A DNA stretch of 63,979 nt, filler included, from Folioceros fuciformis (lineage: Eukaryota), in the NCBI GenBank assembly GCA_049999805.1. It is 4 parts of 2 records of this genome, joined end to end, with 100 filler letters (N's around TTAATTAATTAA, not from the genome) between each part and the next. Parts side by side here need not be neighbours in the genome. Positions count along the whole stretch, not along the records: positions 18,123 to 47,703 come from JBNGIO010006373.1; positions 47,804 to 61,223 come from JBNGIO010006373.1; 2 more parts are not named here. The stretch is one strand, 5' to 3'. The notes under the pieces are model-generated. The model was not told where the DNA came from. It made no database searches and saw only the letters and a list, made by a program, of their open reading frames with translations. Below are positions 46,451 to 59,502 of this stretch, in pieces (position 1 is the first letter of the stretch; the number at the start of each line of letters is the position of its first letter). The translations under genes were made by a program, and so were the position numbers.

Positions 46451-47703
46451 TTAATCTGGTAGTGGCATTGGTCTCCAAGCTGACGCGAAGATGGCCGCCT
46501 GTTGCTTCCAAGTGAGGTGGAGTAGGCAGCTCTCAACAGGATCCTCTTCCGGGCCAAGAGCGGAACCCCATCCTTCCTTATGCCGCTTCAAAAGCGCGCG
46601 CACATCGTCCACTACGTCGTCATTAAACGGTAAAACCCCGAAGCCCGCAGCGGCCATCCTGGCTCCCCACTGTCTCCCCTTCTCGTACCAGAAAGAGCGC
46701 TCCGCATCATCGCACGCCAGCATACTCACCATAGCCCGCCCGCTGGATCGCTCGATCATGAGCCGCTCGTTGCTCACCCGCGGCAAGCTCTCCTCCAGCG
46801 AATCGAATAAGACGGAGTAGAACCGCAACGCCTCCCGCAGCCCCTCCAGAGGCAGGCACGCCGGCGATGGCGGCCGCGCCTGCCCATGCCCTTGCCCCTG
46901 CCCCTGCTCCGGCTCCCCATTGGACAGTGGCGCCAGAGGCTTGGATATGGGAAAATTCACTGCCGAGGACGTGGAGTCCACCTGGTGTTCGACCAGAGTC
47001 ACAATCTTAGGGTTCATCCTCCGCATGGTGGTGAGCAAGGCGTCCCGCGGACTCGCCTCCCCGCCTGCTCCTGCCTTGTGCGGCGACACTTGGTGCAAGA
47101 CGATCATGCAGTTGATGGCGAGAGCCTCCCCCTGCCGCAGATTGAGCGCCGAGGGATCCAGCTGCTCCAGCTGCGGCTGCTGCACCACCGCGAACTCGAA
47201 CGGCACACCCATCAGTCGAGCGAATTTCTCCATGCGTCCCCCGATCTGCCGCATTACCTGCATACACATCACAGTAAAATGTGAGACCTTTGTTGTTCCA
47301 GTGTTGTGCTTATGCAATTGCATTCCCGTTTCCGAGGCCAAGGACGAACCTTGTCGGGAAGAAGGTTATTTGCGTTACCTTGATGGCGGACTCCTCAGGG
47401 GAGGCGATGACGGTGGTTAGACGCAGATGCGGAGCGCCGTCAGGACGGGTAGCGAGGGCCTCGAACAGGGTGGGCCACTGTGTGCAGAAGGTGTTGCTCA
47501 CGTCCACGATGTGCACCCTGCTCTCGCCCTCGAAAGCCTCCATGAGGGCGCCGTTGGAGGCGACATGGCCGAAGGTGGTCCAGGGGCTGGCGTCCTGGAA
47601 CTTGAGTATCATGGTGCGCATAGATTCGAAGGAGTAGGTGCGGGCGGCCGTGGTGCACAGAATGCGGTAACATCTCGCTCCATTGGCCGTCACTTTACAG
47701 AAG
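46451..47703 (-). CDS. SHR: GRAS transcription factor, SHORT-ROOT-like (5' part lost in gap), one intron 47378-47258
   Basis: [52 protein letters not shown], terminal ASAW. Confidence 0.9.
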
Positions 47704-47803
47704 NNNNNNNNNNNNNNNNNNNNNNNNNNNNNNNNNNNNNNNNNNNNTTAATTAATTAANNNNNNNNNNNNNNNNNNNNNNNNNNNNNNNNNNNNNNNNN
47801 NNN

Positions 47804-49100
47804 CCTTTATATTGCCTACACTAGCCACGTATATTATTGCTCCCCATTTGCCCCATCCCCGTTTGGTATGTGTCTTGCCTCACGGATTGGCAAATCTTAC
47901 TTATTGTGAACCAACCTCTGAAGTGTCAAAATTGCCTTTCCCATTCTGGTCAGAGGGCTTGCTACTAAACCATACGTCACATGTTTCATACTACAGTGTT
48001 ATCCTTGCATGAAAGCGTGCGACCTCGACCATGGTCATTAGATCGCACAACAGGGTGTGTTCATCAGCCTCCCTTACACTTGCAACAAGTTGCTCCCATG
48101 GAAGAAAGTGTGACTATCATCCAATTGTTGGATGATGTTAACTACCATCCTTCGAAGGGTCTTGCACTTCGGCGGCCATCGGGCCTCCGAGAGCTCAGCG
48201 TGTTGGGCTGCGGCGATGTTGATGTGTCGCCAGACTTCCTCCAGGGCGACAAAAGTGCCAGTCTCTAATTCCTGGAGATGGAGAGCGGACACCGCCTCGA
48301 TATGAGCCCGGAGCATCGTAACCTCAGGTTGGTCCTCCTGGACCTCGTAGTCCGCGAGTTGCGCCTACAACTCCTCAACCTTGCTCCAAAAGCCATACGC
48401 CCAGTGCCCATGTGTGGACTCCTCAAAGACCACCAACGGTTGGTTAATCCACGACATCCTGGACCTAAGAATCCCAGGAGTAGCCAAGCTCATCGTCAAC
48501 TGGATACTCGTGACCAAAATGGATCATATCGCGGATTGAGTTCTCCTCCTCTTTTATGGGTTGGCACAGGGCAACGTTGCGGATTGGGGAAAGGTGGTGG
48601 CACATCGGCTCCAATCCGATGTTAGGAAACTTCGATAAGAGAAGCCGCCCGCCTTAGGTTTCTCTCCCTTCCTTTTCCATATCTGGGATTATTTCGGAGT
48701 CCTGACCACCTCCAAAAAGGCAGCTTTGGCTCGCCTTCCCCCTGCTCCCATACCTCCAGCCCCCACTCCCAATCCTGCCCCCAAGAAGAAGGCTCCAGCG
48801 CCAGCAGAAGGCCTTGCCTAAGGCCCTTGCCACAGCCCCAGTCTCCCTCTCGGTCTCGGAACCATCAGAGGAGAGCAACGGAGTCGAGCCAGACTCTCCT
48901 ATGGCCTCGGCACCCAACTCCTCCACCCTCGCCCCTAGAAGCTGAAGTCGGAAGCTCCACCAACTCAGGGACCCCAGCCCAAGAAACAACAGCTCCGGGC
49001 AATGTTGACTACAGGAAAGAGGATTCCCATTCGGAGCGTCCCGTGAGTGAGCGTGAGATGGTCATCATGCTACCCCCACGCTCTAGATCGTGCAGATGGT
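47804..49100 (-). mobile_element. Unclassified transposon-like coding relic
   Basis: Broken coding-like stretches with stops next to a contig junction. No catalytic motif recognised. Confidence 0.25.
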
Positions 49101-49218
49101 AAGGGAGGTTTACCGGCGACCGTCAGAGGTGCGGGGAGGTCTCTACCTCAACTAGCAAGTAAGGGAGGTTTACCGGCGACCGTCAGAGGTGCGGGGAGGT
49201 CTCTACCTCAACTAGCAA
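49099..49218. repeat. Perfect 60-bp tandem duplication
   Basis: gtaagggaggtttaccggcgaccgtcagaggtgcggggaggtctctacctcaactagcaa x2. Confidence 0.92.
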
Positions 49219-50325
49219 CGTAACAAAGACAAGGTCAAGGAGGTTGCTACAGCACTCGTGTAGATCGCCCGCGACAACACGTATGTCAAAGGTTTGGAGG
49301 GTATGGATTACCTCCCTGATATGTACTACTTGCACCTGTCCTTGACAGTGTTGTGTAGGGAGTGCAAGAGCAGTCTAGGAGCCCTTGGAGGCCTACCTAC
49401 AGCCTTGGATGGAGAAGGAGACCACTCCATGGGCATGTAGGGGCATTTGCCTGCTTTGCTCTTTGTACAAGTGAGGTGTGTACAGTGGGTAAGGAGCATG
49501 GATGGTTTTGGGTGAAACGCTTTTTACATTTGGCTTGCCCGCATGGGCTGTGGAATGAAGATGGGGATTTCATTCCCCCGTAGCCTATGCCTTTGCCTTT
49601 TGTGCTGTAGGAGAGATCCACTTGGAGTCACTTGTGTGGTGATACATGGGAATGAAAGAAGGCGCATCCCCTTAAGCTAAACCCCTCCCTCAAACCCTCA
49701 GTGTGGTGTGCTGTGGAGATGGAGAAAAACATCCCCTTCAGCTGTGCACATAACACTGTAAACGGCCAGGGGAGAAACAAGAAAGTGAGCAGTGAGGAAT
49801 ATCTCTGTGCGGTCTTCCTCGGCCTTTCAGATGTGCACATAGCAATGTAAACGGCTAGTATTGAACATGACCAGGTTTGCTAGGAACAGTAAACCCTAAA
49901 AAAACAATATATGAGAGAGAGACACAGACGTGTCAGAAACAAAACCTTAGCACACACTGCGTTGTCTCTATCAGAACGTCCAAATGGCTGCCAACTACCG
50001 ATGTTGGCAGGTTTGTGATGTCCAGACATTTGGATCGTATATGGAGGGGCAAAAAATTAAACACCCCTTGACCATATAGGTATTTGATACTCTGCGATCT
50101 GGACAAAGCACATATCGATTTCCTTATAACATCTTACCGGTTTCTTCTTGGACACATGTGTAAGAACCCTTTCTTTGTACCTAGTTGCTGCATTGAATCT
50201 ATGTAAAATCGCGGACCAGTCTTCAACTCCTTAACGTAATGATAGCAGAGGGGTTTTGTGAGTTGAATGTGGTGAACATTGGAGTTTTAGTGTTAACTTG
50301 TTTTGATCTACATATGGCATGCAAA

Positions 50326-50406
50326 GTGGACGTGCCGGAGTGGTTATCGGGCATGACTAGAAATCATGTGGGTTCGCCCGCGCAGGTTCGAATCCTGCCG
50401 TCCACG
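50326..50406 (+). tRNA. tRNA-Ser(AGA)
   Basis: GTGGACG/CGTCCAC acceptor stem, D-loop GAGTGGTTA, anticodon arm CATGA-CTAGAAA-TCATG, long variable arm, GGTTCGAATCC T-loop. Confidence 0.96.
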
Positions 50407-50793
50407 GGAAGGTCTCGCGGGCCGGATACTTCCTGGGTATCCGGCCTTCCCGGATAAATTTTTCCTGGGTACTTTTTTATGGCCAAAGTAGTGGCATCCC
50501 TACATGAACTATGCCCGCATCATCCCGCCTAGCAACATTTGACCAGGTCGAGGTGGGCAATGCACGGACACATCCTGCTCTGACCACGGCCCCAATATGG
50601 TTCCATGGGGGAGCCCGGCCTTATACCAGCAGCAAAGGAACAAGGGGCAACTATTGTCCGGGTATCACCGAACGGGTAGCGTAACCGGAGCGCAGGAATC
50701 CGTATAAGACTGCGGCGGGTCTATGGCACTCTGGAGCAGGGGCGGCAGCAGCAGCAGCAGCAGCTAGGAGGAACGACGCCTGAGAGTATCGTC

Positions 50794-52196
50794 ATGGGGG
50801 CTCGAAATGCCGCGCCCCTGGCCCTGGACTTCTCTTTCCACCCCCAGGTTTTGCTCCCGTTCCTTCCTGCTCTGTCTGCTCTGTTGCGCGCTTGCAAACG
50901 ACACAAGTTTGCTTGCCGCTCAATCAGGCAGGCCGACCGAGGAATTTGGCATTCTGGCATCCCTGGTCCGAGGTGACGAGATAGGAAAGGCCCGTGTTGT
51001 GGATCGGTGTTGGTATTGGATTCTCAGGCGGCTGAGCAGGGATGAGCCCCGGTCCGGTCCGGGCTGTACGTTCTGCATCAGCTTGTGATCGGCGTGTGAT
51101 GCGTGGGATACAATGCAGGAGGGGTTGAATGTGTAGAGTTGGAGGGAGGATTGAACTGTTTTGCGGATCTGAATGATGCCTTTTTTTTTCTCTTGTTCTC
51201 TGTATTGTTTGACGGATGTGAGAAGATGGAGGAGAAGAGATTGTGAAGTGAACGGATTTCGTGTCTGCAGGGTAAGTTGTTGGCTGACGCGGATGAGGCA
51301 GGGTCTCCCAAACCGATGCCCGTGTCCCCGTGCATATCTCCAATTGCTTCTCCGAGTCCTTCCGCCGGCTATTACCAGCTTGGCGAAGTTGGCTCAGGTT
51401 CTGAAGCTGCCGAGTTCTTTGTGGAGACCGTGGAAATTCCTCCGGTTGTAGTGATTGCGCCAGTGGTGGCCGAAAAGCCTGTGGCGAGCAATCGTTCTGT
51501 AAGAGATGATACATTGTCCCTGCCCTCTCCGAAAGCTAAGATTAATGGACGAGTTCCGTTGGAAAAGGGTTTCAGCCAGTTGGAGTGGATGAAGCGCATG
51601 CAGAATGAGGCTAACTTGGCAGGTGTGGCATGGACAGATACTTGTCTGATGTAGAAAGCATGCATGAGCTCTGTTCTCTCCTGCCTGTCTAGCTGACGAG
51701 CCTCCCTGAAACTGTCACCAGGCTTGAAGGGCCAGTCAAGATCAAGGTCAATCTCTCTCTCCGAGGTGAGAAGACACGCGAAGGAGGAGGATCTGTGGAC
51801 CATCCTTCGGGGACGTGTTTACAACGTGACGCAGTATCTGAGATTCCATCCAGGAGGTGTCCATTTTTTCAACCTCTCCTTCTTCATTTTCTGCAGGGTT
51901 TGAGAGGCTGATTGCAGGGTGTATGTCATTCAGGACGTGACATGTTGATGAAGGGGGCTGGCAAGGACTGCACTGCTTTGTTCAGTATCCTCTTCATGCT
52001 TTGTTTTCCCTTACTGACTTGTCACCAGTACCGTGTCATTTGTCCCAACATCGTTCAGTTGTTTGCAAGGTGCTCCTTGACCTTGCGCAACAGACAAGTA
52101 TCACGCCTGGGTGAACGCAGAGTTTCTTCTGGAGAAGTGTCTGGTAGGAGTCCTGGAGGTGACGGCAGAAAAATCACGGTCATGAGCCAGGTGTGA
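50794..52196 (+). CDS. RLF: Cytochrome b5-like heme-binding protein, RLF type (multi-exon)
   Basis: [62 protein letters not shown]. First exon (DFSFHPQ) inferred. Confidence 0.85.
51985..52093 (+). other. U12-type (minor spliceosome) GT-AG intron
   Basis: 5' site GTATCCT, branch site TCCTTGAC (52074-52081) 12 nt before AG. Splicing restores the conserved ALFNKYH. Confidence 0.85.
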
Positions 52197-53302
52197 GCTT
52201 GAAGGTGGAGTTTCAAAAGCACAGTTCCCACAGAACTCGGAAGATGTACAGCTGAGGTATTGTATCTTCCACACATGAGAAACGGTTGCTTTCAAATTTT
52301 TTGTTTGACCAAAAGATAGTGGCGATCGTGCTTGATTCAACGATATGCTAGGTTGTAGGTTCGGACCCATCCAATTGAAGGACCTGAGGAGCAAACTCTC
52401 GTCTCCGGGTTCCCAGAAATCTTCGGGCGCGAAGGGATTTTGGGTTGATTCCTGCGTAGATCCCTGCACTACAGCAGTGTGTACCCTTCCAGACTGTACA
52501 GTGTGTGGTGTGTATATACAGAGGTTGTTTCTGTCAGGGTTGTGTGTTGCTTTGGCGGATTTCACATTTGGCTCTTGTGGGCAATGATTGACAAGTCGGA
52601 TCAAATTTCAGGGAGGGTGGTTGATTCCGCGATGCAGTTGACTGGCGTCAACCAAGCGTCCGACGCAAAAGAAAATGGCCAATAACCTGGAACAGGACTA
52701 CGGGTCGTAACGACTGACAGCATTTGTGATGCTTGTCACCGTTCAACATAATACGGGTCGTCCCAGGCGTTTCGTGACTGACCTGCACAGGATCCAAAAG
52801 CTATGCTCACAGCACGGCGGTCTGTCAGTATGTCCACTTCCTGATCAGCCGGCATATGTACGACTCCTGATCCGTCGGCACATGGTTTTGGTGGAATCCG
52901 ACACAAGAGTGACTGGCAGTTGTGGATCACGAAGAGACGTACACTTGACTCTGAGTGTTCAACATGGTTCGTCTTGCAGGTAAAACCGACGGGTTTGGCC
53001 GCAGGAGGAGACTCACGTCGATGGCATTTCCTTTCGTCAACTTCCGACACAGACGGGGTCAGAACAAAGTCACCCGCTGTTTTAATAGATGACTGAGAAT
53101 CAGTAAATACAGTAATGACTGATCCAGTTCTTTTCATGTGCCTGAAGACAGGCATACCCAGAACCACTGTTATAATATGCCTGAAGACATGCAGGGCTAG
53201 ACTCACGGGTTTAGTATGCCCGGAAACGTGCATGGCAGTGGATAAAGAAATCCTGGACAACAAGAACTCGCACGCAAGTCACCAAAAGGACGGCAGTAGG
53301 AG

Positions 53303-53380
53303 CGTGTCAGACACGACAACAGTGTGCATCATATGCAGAGCATCGGAGGGAATCCGAACTAATGCCAATCATCATTCACG
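53303..53380 (-). ncRNA. Box C/D snoRNA, D' guide complementary to 25S rRNA GGGAAUCCGA (U37-like target)
   Basis: CGTG/CACG terminal stem, box C ATGATGA, guide TCGGATTCCC, D' CCGA, C' ATGATGC, box D CTGA. Confidence 0.75.
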
Positions 53381-54296
53381 TCCTCTTGGGCCATTCATCA
53401 GGCGGGCACAGCACGAAACAACACCGAGAAAGAACGAAAATAAGGAAAGCCACAATGCCAAGCAAACTCAAGGCATCTCACCCTCAGTGCACAGGGTCCT
53501 CGACTGCAACCGGAAGAGCGGGACGAGAAAAGCCGCCGTCACACGCTCACAAAAATCTCGCAGCAGAAGCAGAAACAAGACACCTGACTCGACCACGAAG
53601 GAGCTACGCCAGCAACTTGCTAAACCGAAGAAACCTATAAGTCACAAGCCCTCAGTCTACGCCAAGTTTGTCCACATGTAGGGAGCTACACGCTCACGCA
53701 AGCTCCGCCGGGATCTCCATCAGCTGCACTCTTTCAAAGATGCCAGTACAGGCCAATCCAACACCTCGCGGCCCTTCCCGGCCGGCGCGGGCAGCCCGAA
53801 AGCGAGCAGATGATGGAGACGCCGGGCTGACGTAGCAGGCGCTGCGCATCGCACCCCAACCTTCAGTGTGGTTAAGACAGGATCGTCATAGGGCGGACGA
53901 CTAGACCAAGAGCTGCAACACCAAAACGAAAGCATCAGAGGCAAGAACGCAGAGGAACGACCAAAGCCGCGAGCCGCGGACAAATCACACCCAGCTCGCT
54001 GTGCATGCAAAACGAGGGCTACAGTCGAGGCGTGACGGCTACCACACACACAAGCAGCCTGTAGGGCTGGCTCCCCCTTTCAAGCAAGGGGCAAACCCTA
54101 ACCCTCGTGGGCCGTCCAAATTGTTTTCGATAGGGGGTGGAATCGAAGCGAACCGAGGCGCAGACTGGCAGCCGTGGCCAGCGCCTAAACCTCACCCTAA
54201 GTTTATTACCTGCTTCTCGAGAGGCGTGCGGGATTCGTCGTTACGCGCCTGGCCACCGGCTGCGCTCCACCGGCTAGTTTTCAATCCATGGCCGGC

Positions 54297-57200
54297 TAGT
54301 TTCAATTAGTATTATGGTTTTACATTTTACTTATTTTCCATTTTACATTATCAGTATAAATTACGGTGTAAATTACTGGACCCCTTCGGAAGGGGTCGGT
54401 AAACGTGTTTTTTTTATTACATTTAAATTACAACAAAATATAAGGTTATACCTATAAAGTTGGTAAAATTATATGGCATATGTAAATTTATACATCTTTC
54501 ATAATTTAATGTGTATACATAATATAACTACAAAATATAAATATATATATGAAAGTAAATATACGTAATAGAAATTTTAAGAAAAAATCCAAGAAAATTA
54601 ACTTATAAGTTCAACATGGAGACACCTTTTCTTTTTCATTGTTTTCATTTTCCTCCTCAAATCTAGATTCTACTTCTTCATTCTCCTCCATTTCACCATG
54701 GCGGATGTCTTCTATACCAATTTCTGCAACCACCTGTATTGGTTCAAGACTTTCTAAGTACGCTATCCAATCCTCCCAATATGTTGCTTCAATAATAGTA
54801 TTATGTCGTTTTAACACTCTACTATTATAGTAAACATAGACAAGCATACCAACCTTGTCCGCCATGGTTCTAGCTCTATTATCACGCCAAACATGTTTCC
54901 AAGCACTCCAGTTTCTTTCCCCCCCTCAACAACTTCTTTACTACCTCTGCAAGTTGTGGACATTACTCTCCGTATGCTTCCCACCACTCCACATTGTTTA
55001 TACATCAACCCTTCTTGAAAATGTAGCTCCTCATCAATGCATAACTTACCAGGTCTAAGGCGATAGTAATTGAACTGCAATAAAACACAATAAGCTTCCC
55101 TAATATTAATGCCAATGCCTTCATAATACGCTCATCTTTCAACCTATGAGTTGGAGAAATGCCAGGCAGCGATTTCCTATGCTTTGGATCTACCATTGCT
55201 GCAGCAATGAAGCAATCATGCCAACCAAACTCCTTCCGTGCACTCCACAAATCTCGCAAGTGTAGACCTACTTCAGAAAACATAGTAGAGTTACTCCCCT
55301 GTTGCCTAGGATCACTGTCTTGTGTTAGCAATTGACCAAAAGTGATAGTACTTTGCTCATTAAAATGCACCCTCAAGCTTCTCTAACATCTAATAAGCAT
55401 CTCGCAAAGTAATCATTTCCCCCTCTAGATGATGTAAGATATCACATATAGGTTGAGATACAGAAATCAAGTACTTCACGTCCCGCCAAAATGTTCCAGC
55501 ACTATCTGTTACCTTCCCGAGCAATCCCAAAACTTTCATCTTGTGGAAAGGCCGAATCATCCAGACTACGAGAATGGCCTGCTTGTGAGCTATTAAGCTA
55601 TTCATACTTAAAAGGAAGCTAGCAAACCTGGTTTTCACATCCTTTTGCAACTCTTGCTTGATCTTCAGACTCCGTCGAGCCTTTTTCAACAAACCCTGTG
55701 AAGAAATGCACCACCTCCTTAGCTCCTGCTATTGTTTCTGCCACTACCTCCAATGCACCAATATCTTTCACCAATAAGTTCAACACATGTGCTAAACACC
55801 CAAATGGTATAAGACTTTGTTGATGTTCTTACAGATGCTCGCATACTGCTTTCATGTTGCTGGCATTGTTAGTAACCACTGCAACAACTTTATTTTCTAA
55901 TTCATGTTTCTTAATAACCTCCACAAATCTCTCCTTAATGTAAAGGCTAGGAACACTATCTGACTTCGTATTGACCATTTCTAAGAAGATACTTGCACCA
56001 ACAGAACTTGCTTGAAAATTCAAAATATGATCGGAACCCCTCTTGCGTAACCACCCATCATTAATAAAACTAACATATTTACAAGCTTTCATGTGCTTTA
56101 CCACATCAGCTGACACTTCCTTATATATCTGTTGCAAGTATGTATTTGTCAATTGCCAACGAGATGGTAATTGAAAGGAAGGCCTCAACAACTTAAAAAA
56201 CTCCTTACAACTCTCACTTTCCACAATATTAAAAGGCAACGCCATCTCATATAAATCTTTAGCAAAAGAGACTTGTAACTTTGCATTTTCTTCATGAGAC
56301 ATAATATCCACAATGCATTTGGTACTGTTTTCTTCCCACTCGTGGAGGCACCTGTGGAAATAGTAGTTAGAGTACCTTATTCAAATCTTGGTTGCACACC
56401 AGCCTTCACTATAGCATTTTTCACCTCCGTCACCACATTTTGTAACTCCTGGGCATGGTCACTTGCTAAAAAACTAGGACGTAAACCAAGAAAATGGAAC
56501 TTCAAGCGAGAAATTTTTTTATTTGATAGGACTTGGGAGCAAAAGTTGCATTGTTATTTAACTTCATTGCCAACCTGGATTATCTGAAACAAGTCTCTAG
56601 CCCAACGTTTCTTGGTATTACATGGCCTTTTTCCAGAAACAATACTTAGTGGAAGGGCACTAGGTCCCCTTTTAGCACGTCGTCTACTATGCTCCATCAC
56701 AAAACAAAGCATTCAGATACCTTTAGATATCTTCAGATAAAACATCACAAAACAAAGCATTCANNNNNNNNNNATACCTTTAGATATCTTCAGATAAAAC
56801 ATCACAAAACAAAGCATTCAAATACCTTTAGATATCTTCAGATAAAACATCACAAAACAAAGCATTCATATACCTTTAGATATCTTTAGATAAAACATCA
56901 CAAAATAGAGCATTCTCATAGCATGTGTGAGAACAGCATGGCTGCTGTTCTTTCAGTAGGTGAGAACAGCATGCATGCGAGAAAACTGTGAATAGCATGC
57001 TTGCGAGAAAATCTGCGAGAAAATTGCAAAAACATGCATGCGAGAAAACTACGAACAAAATGCCTACGAGAAAACTGCAAATAGCATGCCTGTGAGAAAA
57101 TTGCGAATAGCAGCACGTTGGTCTACGCACTGTAGGTACTCTAGGTAGGGTTTGTAGACGGGCAATGCTTCTTCGGGCTCAAAGCTACGCGGCAAAGTGG

Positions 57201-57477
57201 GCGAGAACGAATAGTTCTCGTCAAGAAAGATGGCCAAACGTGCTACCAAGATCGGAGAAAGTGCACCAAGAAACTGAGTGTGTTTGCACGCATCGGATTG
57301 TATTTCACGGTAATTACAGAGTTGAAAATTATCGTAAACTGTATTTTTATTTTACATACATATGTAATTTTACAATATAGGGTATAATTATATGATATGT
57401 AATTATATTTTTCTTTACTGTAAAATATAAGTGTAAAATAAGATTTTGCCTTATAATAGTAATTATGATAGTAACTA
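54297..57477 (-). mobile_element. hAT DNA transposon, degenerate (transposase relic ~54611-56690)
   Basis: BED finger (CNFC...LKFHF), DGW, CLAHVLNLLVKDI, TRFAS, and dimerisation tail LVYVYYNSRVL. AT-rich subterminal flanks, boundaries approximate. Confidence 0.88.
56695..56905. repeat. 48-bp tandem repeat inside the hAT 5' region (contains a 10-N gap)
   Basis: catcacaaaacaaagcattcagatacctttagatatcttcagataaaa x~4. Confidence 0.9.
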
Positions 57478-58023
57478 CCACAAAAAATGGGTCTTCCCGA
57501 ATACCCACAAGCCTATTTTCAATCCATCGCCGGTTGTTGGCCAGGTTCGCACCAAACTCGTCCCCTATATTCTTGTGGTATAAGTATGTCGAGGTCTATA
57601 TACATTTGTTTGAATACTTTCATATTCTTGAAGCTGCACTTCGGCGGCAAAGTGCATTCACGGGTTATGGAGATTCACAGGCCTTTGCTCTTCAGACTTT
57701 TGATCGACTTTTGGGTTATCTTTCCTTCCTTTAGGCTGGATTCACATAATGTTACGGTGACAGGTCGGTCCTCGCACGTTTGCTCGGGCCAAGTCTTTCC
57801 ATGATCGGCCGCACCGTTTCACATATAGGGTGATGGAATGGTTTCACCATCGTGATGATGTGGTTAATTACTCATATTATTTAATATAATGAGATGTAGG
57901 TATTATCATTATTAGGTAATATAATAAGAGACATAAAAGTGTACTTATCTCCTGGCTTCGTTCATCGCTTGGTTTCATTCGCGCATCATGGCACTGCCAC
58001 ATTCCCTTGACTACCTATGAGCT

Positions 58024-59466
58024 ATGATTGCAATGGAACCTAAGTACATGTCCTTCTTGCAAGCAATCATATTGGGTGTCCTTGTGCACAAAGCCATTGA
58101 AGCAGCTGATTCATCATCATTAGCATTGGTGTTGGGTTCTTGGGGCATTGTTTTGCAGTTGCAAGTTCAAGATAGTTGGCCTTTCAAGATAGTTGGCCTT
58201 TTTTGATATATAGACATATGTGAGAAGCCAGTCATTTTTTGACCAACAGCTCATGGGCTCATATAGTGATGCAATGTTCAAGAGAAGAATCCGCATTTCA
58301 AAGGCCACATTCCACACCATCTGTGCCAAGCTCAATCCTATCCTCACAACTCGAGATACTTCATATATAGGAAAGCTGTGCCACTTGAACATAAAGTTGC
58401 TATGTCCTTACTCAAGCTTGCAGGAGGTGATAGATTGCAGGTAATTGGGGATCTCTTCGCATACGGAACATTTACTGTCTGTGTATGTGTTCACCAATTT
58501 TGTGCATCTTTGGTGCAAACCTTACATGATATATATATTTCATGGCCATCGGTGGCTCGTATGCAGAGGTATGCTAGCCAGTTTGAAGCCATTAGAGGCA
58601 TTCCATTTGTTGTAGGGGTTGTGGAAGGGAACCACATACCAATCATAGGACCTTCTATAAACAAGGCAGACTATTATAACCGCAAGGGCTTTTACTCTCA
58701 GTTGCTACAACTTATGGTTTCTACCCCTTGCTATGTATGTGATTATGATTTCGGTTGAGTAGGTAGCCTTAATGATTGGAACTTGTTCAAGCATACCACA
58801 CTTGGGCAAATGTGTGATCGTAGTAAGCTAGGACAATATAGTTTGGTGGGTGATGCAGGGTACTGGCCCCGTATTTACATGTTGACACCATACCTAGGAC
58901 GGATTTTCACCAATACAGCAGAATTGGAACTTTGTCTAGAGTAGTACTCGCATGGTTGTAGAGCGTGCATTTGGCATGTTAAAAACTCGTTTCATGTGCC
59001 TTCTTTATGGCTGGACATGAAACAGAAATATGTCCCTAGAGTGGTGCAAGCATGTCTTATCCTACATAATATGTATGTCATGTCTTATCCTACATAATAT
59101 GTACATACAGGAAAGGGATAGTTTTGATAATGCATGGCTTGAAGAGACAATTCATGATTGTGAAAGTTGTGTACTTGTGATATGGAGACAGAGGCGAGTA
59201 ACATAGCAAGGGAATCTTTATTTGAAATCAATGGAGTAAGAGCTCGCAATGCCATGCCCTTAGTTCATAGTGGTGGTACTTATGACCACGGGGATAGAAA
59301 CGAGCTCGAGCTTCCCGGGTATGCAGAACGCGTTCGAAGAATTTCTGCCATCGCACATGCCCTGTACAGTGCAAAGACACACGTAGTAATCCGGAACACA
59401 TTTCCGAATGATAATGAAATGACCGAAAGCATGAGTGAGAGTGAATGGAGTGTAAGTGAGAGTTAA
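58024..59466 (+). pseudogene. Harbinger transposase
   Basis: FKRRIRISKATF, VVGVVEGNHIPI, YNRKGFYS, GDAGY, RMVVERAFGMLKTRF, CLILHN. Frameshifts and stops. Confidence 0.9.
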
Positions 59467-59502
59467 TACAATTTAAGGCTAGGAAGATGCTATCATTTCA
59501 TA

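Noticed and set aside
53205-53215. CTAAACCC on minus strand as a possible telomerase RNA template
   Set aside because: Only 8 nt; no USE/TATA Pol III promoter or other telomerase RNA features recognised.
53115-53681. 188-aa plus ORF and 175-aa minus ORF (52736-53263)
   Set aside because: No domain-like content; the region is better explained as non-coding RNA and its host transcript.
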